Of a stretch of DNA of 26,515 bases, positions 19,930 through 26,515 are shown one piece after another (positions within the stretch are counted from its first letter, which is position 1; each line of letters begins with the position of its first letter). Position numbers and translations under genes: made by a program. Under the pieces are notes generated by a model that was not told the DNA's origin, made no database searches, and saw only the letters and a list, made by a program, of their open reading frames with translations. Origin of the DNA: Burkholderiaceae bacterium (lineage in GTDB: Bacteria > Pseudomonadota > Gammaproteobacteria > Burkholderiales > Burkholderiaceae_D); assembly GCA_051955575.1 (NCBI GenBank), contig JBQCGO010000120.1:1-26515 (forward strand). The letters are read 5' to 3'.

Positions 19930-20007
19930 TTCTTCGCGTTTCGCGAGATTAGCGGGTTGATCTAACCTTCCGCGACACGGCCTGACCGGTTAGCGGATCG
20001 CAGTTCA
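19930..20007 (-). ncRNA. sucA RNA motif-like cis-regulatory leader
   Basis: Minus strand TGCGATCCGCTAACCGGTCAGGCCGTGTCGCGGAAGGTTAGATCAACCCGCT matches my recollection of the Burkholderiales sucA motif; visible stems TCCGC/GCGGA, CGG/CCG, GGTT/AACC, TCGCG/CGCGA. Confidence 0.8.
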
Positions 20008-20093
20008 AGTTGTGGGGGAAGGAGCCGGGTTGGGAGCGGTTTTACGCTGAAGTGAATTGACTTTCAGAGAATAGCATATTCAGTTTAAGTAAC

Positions 20094-20124
20094 AAAAAAA
20101 GCGGACCGCAAGGTCCGCCTTTTT
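20094..20124 (-). terminator. Rho-independent terminator after gltA
   Basis: Minus strand reads gcggacc-ttgc-ggtccgc followed by ttttttt. Confidence 0.9.
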
Positions 20125-20140
20125 CTGTCATCGTGACATC

Positions 20141-21454
20141 TCAACCACGCTGCGCCATCGGCGGCACGTCGCGGCGCGGCGAACCCACGTACAACTGGCG
20201 CGGACGGCCGATCTTCTGCTCCGGGTCCGAGATCATCTCGTTCCATTGGGCGATCCAGCCGACGGTGCGCGCCATCGCGAAAATGCCGGTGAACAGCGAG
20301 ACCGGGATGCCCAACGCGGACTGCACGATTCCCGAGTAGAAATCGACGTTCGGATACAGCTTGCGCTGCACGAAGTAGTCGTCCTCGAGCGCGATCTTCT
20401 CCAGCGCCATCGCCAGCTTGAACAGCGGATCGTCGTGCAGTCCCAGTTCGTTCAGCACTTCGTAGCAGGTTTCGCGCATCAACTTGGCGCGCGGATCGTA
20501 GTTCTTGTAGACCCGATGGCCGAAACCCATCAGCTTGACGTTCGAGTTCTTGTCCTTGACCTGCGTGATGAATTCGCCGATGCGCTCGACACCGCCCTGC
20601 TTCTGCAGGTCTTGCAGCATGTTGAGCGCGGCTTCGTTCGCGCCGCCGTGCGCCGGGCCCCAAAGGCAGGCGATGCCGGCGGCGATGCAGGCGAACGGAT
20701 TGGCGCCGGACGAGCCCGCCAGGCGCACCGTCGAGGTCGACGCGTTCTGCTCGTGGTCGGCGTGCAGGATCAGGATGCGATCGAGCGCGCGCACCAGCAC
20801 GTCGTTGACCTTGTAGTCCTCGCACGGGTTGGCGAACATCATGCGCATGAAATTCGCGCTGTACGACAAATCGTTGCGCGGGTACATGAACGGCTGGCCG
20901 ATCGAATATTTGTACGCCATCGCCACCAGCGTCGGCAGCTTGCCGATCAGCCGGATCGCCGACACTTCCCGATGATGCGGGTCGTTGATGTCGAGCGAGT
21001 CATGGTAGAACGAGGACAGTGCGCCGACGGTGCCGACCAGCACTGCCATCGGATGCGCGTCGCGGCGGAAGCCCCGGTAGAAGAACTGCATCTGCTCGTG
21101 CACCATCGTGTGCTTGGTGACGGTGTTCACGAAATTCTGCTTCTGCTCGGCGTTCGGCAGTTCGCCGTTCAGCAGCAGGTAGCAGGTTTCGAGGAAGTCG
21201 CAGTGCACCGCCAGTTGCTCGATCGGGTAGCCGCGGTACAGCAGTTCGCCCTTGTCGCCGTCGATGTAGGTGATCGCGGAGTTGCAGGAAGCGGTCGACA
21301 TGAACCCCGGATCGTAGGTGAACTTGTCGGTTCCCGCGTAAAGCTTGCGGATGTCCATGACTTCCGGACCCATCGTGCCCTTGTAGATCGGAAAGTCGAT
21401 GGAAGGCGTGCCGTCGCTGAACGACAGCGTAGCCTTGAGATCGGTTTGAGTCAT
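20141..21454 (-). CDS. gltA: Citrate synthase (type II)
   Basis: [38 protein letters not shown]. Confidence 0.98.
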   Translation of the reverse strand: MTQTDLKATLSFSDGTPSIDFPIYKGTMGPEVMDIRKLYAGTDKFTYDPGFMSTASCNSAITYIDGDKGELLYRGYPIEQLAVHCDFLETCYLLLNGELPNAEQKQNFVNTVTKHTMVHEQMQFFYRGFRRDAHPMAVLVGTVGALSSFYHDSLDINDPHHREVSAIRLIGKLPTLVAMAYKYSIGQPFMYPRNDLSYSANFMRMMFANPCEDYKVNDVLVRALDRILILHADHEQNASTSTVRLAGSSGANPFACIAAGIACLWGPAHGGANEAALNMLQDLQKQGGVERIGEFITQVKDKNSNVKLMGFGHRVYKNYDPRAKLMRETCYEVLNELGLHDDPLFKLAMALEKIALEDDYFVQRKLYPNVDFYSGIVQSALGIPVSLFTGIFAMARTVGWIAQWNEMISDPEQKIGRPRQLYVGSPRRDVPPMAQRG

Positions 21455-21506
21455 TTGTCTTCCTTTGACGAATGGTCGTTAATCAAGCATGAAGGGCAGC
21501 GGTGCT

Positions 21507-21776
21507 TCACGCCCGGCGCAGCCTGTCGAGCAACGCCAGCACGTGCGGCAGCGCGAGTCCTTCCTCCGGCTCCTTGCGCGCGAGGAGCAAATCCATCAAT
21601 TCGTTGTCGGACAGATCCAGCAGGCGCGAGAACGCGTCCACTTCCTCGTCCGTCATCGCGGCCTCGTGACGGTCGAGAAAGCGCGTCAGCAGCAGATCGT
21701 TCTCCAGCAGGCCGCGGCGCGCGCGCCAGCGCAGTCTTGCGCGCCTGGTGGGGTCGGACTGGTGGGTGGTCGACAT
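21507..21776 (-). CDS. sdhE: Succinate dehydrogenase FAD assembly factor
   Basis: RLRWRARRGLLENDL signature; 89 aa between sdhB and gltA. Confidence 0.9.
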   Translation of the reverse strand: MSTTHQSDPTRRARLRWRARRGLLENDLLLTRFLDRHEAAMTDEEVDAFSRLLDLSDNELMDLLLARKEPEEGLALPHVLALLDRLRRA

Positions 21777-21820
21777 CGTCGTTGCCTGAAATTGCCGTGC
21801 GGCGGATGCGGTACGCGCCG

Positions 21821-22531
21821 TTACACCGCGCGGCGCACCATCAGTTCCTTGATCTTGCCGATCGCCTGATTCGGGTTCAGGCCCTTCGGACAGACGTCGA
21901 CGCAGTTCATGATCGAGCGGCAGCGGAACAGGCGGTACGGGTCCTCGAGATTGTCGAGACGCTCGTTGGTCGCCTCGTCGCGGCTGTCGGCGATGAAGCG
22001 GTACGCCTGCAACAGGCCGGCCGGGCCGACGAACTTGTCCGGGTTCCACCAGAACGTCGGGCAGGAGGTCGAGCAGCACGCGCACAGGATGCACTCGTAG
22101 AGGCCGTCCAGCTCTTCGCGCTGCTCCGGCGTCTGCAGCCGCTCCTTCTCCGGCGGGATCGTGTCGTTGATCACGTACGGCTTGATCGAATGGTACTGCT
22201 TGAAGAACTGGGTCATGTCGACGATCAGGTCGCGCACGACCGGCAGGCCCGGCAACGGTTTGAGCACGATCGGCTGCTTCAGTTCGTTCAGGTTGGTGGT
22301 GCAGGCCAGACCGTTCTTGCCGTTGATGTTCATCGCGTCGGAGCCGCAGACGCCTTCGCGGCACGAGCGGCGCAGCGCGAGCGAGTCGTCGACGTCGGCC
22401 TTGATCCGCTGCAACGCGTCGAGCAGCATCTTGTCGGTGTCGCGCAGCTCGACCGTCAGGTCCTGCATGTACGGCTTTTCGTCCTTGTCCGGATCGTAGC
22501 GGTAGATCTTGAATTGCAATGTGCGAGCCAT
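21821..22531 (-). CDS. sdhB: Succinate dehydrogenase iron-sulfur subunit
   Basis: SCREGVCGSD, CILCACCSTSCP and CxSIMNCVDVCP Fe-S motifs. Confidence 0.98.
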   Translation of the reverse strand: MARTLQFKIYRYDPDKDEKPYMQDLTVELRDTDKMLLDALQRIKADVDDSLALRRSCREGVCGSDAMNINGKNGLACTTNLNELKQPIVLKPLPGLPVVRDLIVDMTQFFKQYHSIKPYVINDTIPPEKERLQTPEQREELDGLYECILCACCSTSCPTFWWNPDKFVGPAGLLQAYRFIADSRDEATNERLDNLEDPYRLFRCRSIMNCVDVCPKGLNPNQAIGKIKELMVRRAV

Positions 22532-22542
22532 GTTTTACCCTG

Positions 22543-24321
<1,779 letters not shown>

Positions 24322-24323
24322 GA

Positions 24324-24689
24324 TTAGATTCTCCAGAGAATTTGCGCCGCCCAGCCGGCGCAGCCGACCAGCCACAGGATCGTCAGGGCCTGGAGCACCA
24401 GGCGGATCGACACCGGCTTGACGTAGTCCATCCAGATGTCGCGCACGCCGAACCAGACGTGGTAGAACAGGGCGAGGAAGGTCACGAAGGTCGCGATCTT
24501 GAACCATTGCCGGGCGAACAGCGACGCCCAGCCTTCATAGGAAAAATCGGTCGCGGTGACCAGCGAGACGAGCAGGATGATGGTATAGACCGCCATCACG
24601 ATCGCCGTGACGCGCTGTGCCAGCCAGCCCTTCAAACCGTAATGGGCGCCGACGACCAGGCGCTTCGAACCGTAGTTGGTGTATGCCAT
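24324..24689 (-). CDS. sdhD: Succinate dehydrogenase hydrophobic membrane anchor
   Basis: WLAQRVTA, three hydrophobic segments, YHVWFGVRDIWMDY. Confidence 0.95.
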   Translation of the reverse strand: MAYTNYGSKRLVVGAHYGLKGWLAQRVTAIVMAVYTIILLVSLVTATDFSYEGWASLFARQWFKIATFVTFLALFYHVWFGVRDIWMDYVKPVSIRLVLQALTILWLVGCAGWAAQILWRI

Positions 24690-24693
24690 GGTC

Positions 24694-25101
24694 TTATGCT
24701 CCGAACAGTTTCCAGGCGACGATCGCGGCCAGCGGCAGGCTGATCGCCAGCACGGCCACGGCGGAATTGCGCGCGCCCTGCTTGTCGAGGCTGAAGTGGT
24801 TGTCCATGAAGAGGTGCCGGATGCCGGCGCAGAAGTGGTGCAGATAGGCCCAGGAGAGCACCAGGATCACCAGCTTGACGAAGCCGTTCGAGACGATGCC
24901 CTTGAAGTAGTCGAATGAAACTTCGGAGATCAAGCTGCGCTCGAACAGGTAGAGAAGGAAGGGCAGGCAAAGGAACAGCAGGAATCCGCTGATGCGATGC
25001 AAAATCGAGACGATGGCCGCGACCGGCATCCGGTAGGTCAGGATCTGCGTGATGTGGATATTGCGGTATTGCCGTCGATGTTTCTCAATGGCTTCAGACA
25101 T
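24694..25101 (-). CDS. sdhC: Succinate dehydrogenase cytochrome b556 subunit
   Basis: SILHRISG and heme-ligand HHFCAGIRH; start trimmed to MSEAIEK; AAGGAG upstream. Confidence 0.95.
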   Translation of the reverse strand: MSEAIEKHRRQYRNIHITQILTYRMPVAAIVSILHRISGFLLFLCLPFLLYLFERSLISEVSFDYFKGIVSNGFVKLVILVLSWAYLHHFCAGIRHLFMDNHFSLDKQGARNSAVAVLAISLPLAAIVAWKLFGA

Positions 25102-25204
25102 GTGACATGCTCTCCTTGCTGGTAATCCCGATATTTTCGCCGATTTTTGTGCATCACACCATTGCGGCCGCATGCGCGAAACGCCGGGCGGCGCGCGATG
25201 CATT

Positions 25205-25984
25205 TCAGCTTAATTCATTCTGATAGTGATGACTGGCAGTCAAGTACAAGCCGCGGCGCAATTCTACTGGCTTGTCGCCATAGGTGAAGGAAATACGCTC
25301 GACGCTGAGCAAAGGTGAGTTCTCGTCGACCTCCAGGGCGGCGGCAGCCTCGGCGGACGCGCCGACAGCCCGGATCCGCTCGGTCGCACGGATCATCCGG
25401 GTACCGAATTCGGTTTCGAACAAACCGTACATCGGCCCCTTGTACTCGGCCAGCCGCTCCGCCGTCAGGCCGCGGAAAATCTGGCCCGGCAGCCAGATTT
25501 CCTCGAGGATCGTCGGCGCCCCGCCGAAGCACTGAACGCGCTTGATGTAGATGAGCGAATCGCCGGAGCGCACGTCCAGCAGACGCGCCACATCGGCGCT
25601 GGCACGCAGGCGCCGGACGTCGAGAATGCGGTTGTCAGCGGATTCGGCAGTACCCACGTCCGGCATCAACCGCAGGAAGCGGAACTGGGCACGCTCTTCG
25701 TGGTGGGTGGCGACGAAAGTGCCCTTACCCTGCCGCCGAATCACCAGATTCTCGGCCGACAGCTCGTCGATCGCCTTGCGTACGGTGCCCTGACTGACCT
25801 TGTAGCGCTGCGCGAGATCGACCTCGCTCGGGATCAGCTCACCCGGCTTCCACTCGCCCGACTGGAGGCTGGCGGTGATCAGCGATTTGATCTGCTGGTA
25901 AAGGGGGCTGAAAGTCGGCGACGACCCGGCCGTCTGGACGACGGCGGAGATGTTGCCAGCGGGAACGTTCGGCGTCTGACTCAT
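25205..25984 (-). CDS. GntR/HutC-family regulator (wHTH + UTRA), probable SdhR
   Basis: LYQQIK...PSEVDLAQRYKVSQGTVRKA...QGKGTFV winged HTH plus UTRA-like C-terminus; located between mdh and sdhC; start trimmed to MSQTPNV. Confidence 0.92.
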   Translation of the reverse strand: MSQTPNVPAGNISAVVQTAGSSPTFSPLYQQIKSLITASLQSGEWKPGELIPSEVDLAQRYKVSQGTVRKAIDELSAENLVIRRQGKGTFVATHHEERAQFRFLRLMPDVGTAESADNRILDVRRLRASADVARLLDVRSGDSLIYIKRVQCFGGAPTILEEIWLPGQIFRGLTAERLAEYKGPMYGLFETEFGTRMIRATERIRAVGASAEAAAALEVDENSPLLSVERISFTYGDKPVELRRGLYLTASHHYQNELS

Positions 25985-26033
25985 GGCTTTCCATTTCACC
26001 ACAAATCGTGCCCTACGTCCATCACTTAAGAGA

Positions 26034-26059
26034 TAAGATGTCTTATATAAGATATATGA
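26034..26059. promoter_or_regulatory. AT-rich palindromic operator, SdhR-type
   Basis: Perfect 12-bp palindrome TCTTATATAAGA at 26041-26052; the 26-mer matches 21 of 26 positions of the SdhR consensus TCTTATGTCTTATATAAGACATAAGA as I recall it. Confidence 0.8.
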
Positions 26060-26065
26060 GGAGAA

Positions 26066-26515
<450 letters not shown>

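Overview
High-GC betaproteobacterial (Burkholderiales-type) core-chromosome window. I see no mobile element, prophage, CRISPR array, tRNA or rRNA. It has three blocks. (1) ndk, a BI-1/YccA membrane protein and the minus-strand run surE-pcm-nlpD-rpoS-3'-5' exonuclease-rlmD. (2) A quinone oxidoreductase, a DinG/YoaA helicase, a DUF465 protein, a PP2C phosphatase, zapE with a coupled exported protein, and a small lipoprotein. (3) The TCA supercluster: GntR/HutC regulator, sdhCDAB-sdhE-gltA and sucA-sucB-lpdA on the minus strand, with the start of mdh diverging at the right edge. All recognisable enzymes appear intact. I found no clearly new multi-gene system. The most unusual signals are non-coding or single-residue: a ~160-nt nested inverted repeat between sucA and sucB whose mismatches are mostly G-U compatible on the mRNA strand, a sucA-motif-like leader RNA, an SdhR-type operator beside a consensus mdh promoter with a long structured leader, and substitutions at functionally studied positions in SdhB and RpoS. 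Several uncharacterised genes are translationally coupled to known ones. Many starts in the ORF track are too far upstream and were trimmed by hand. Family assignments come from motif recognition and recall, not database searches.
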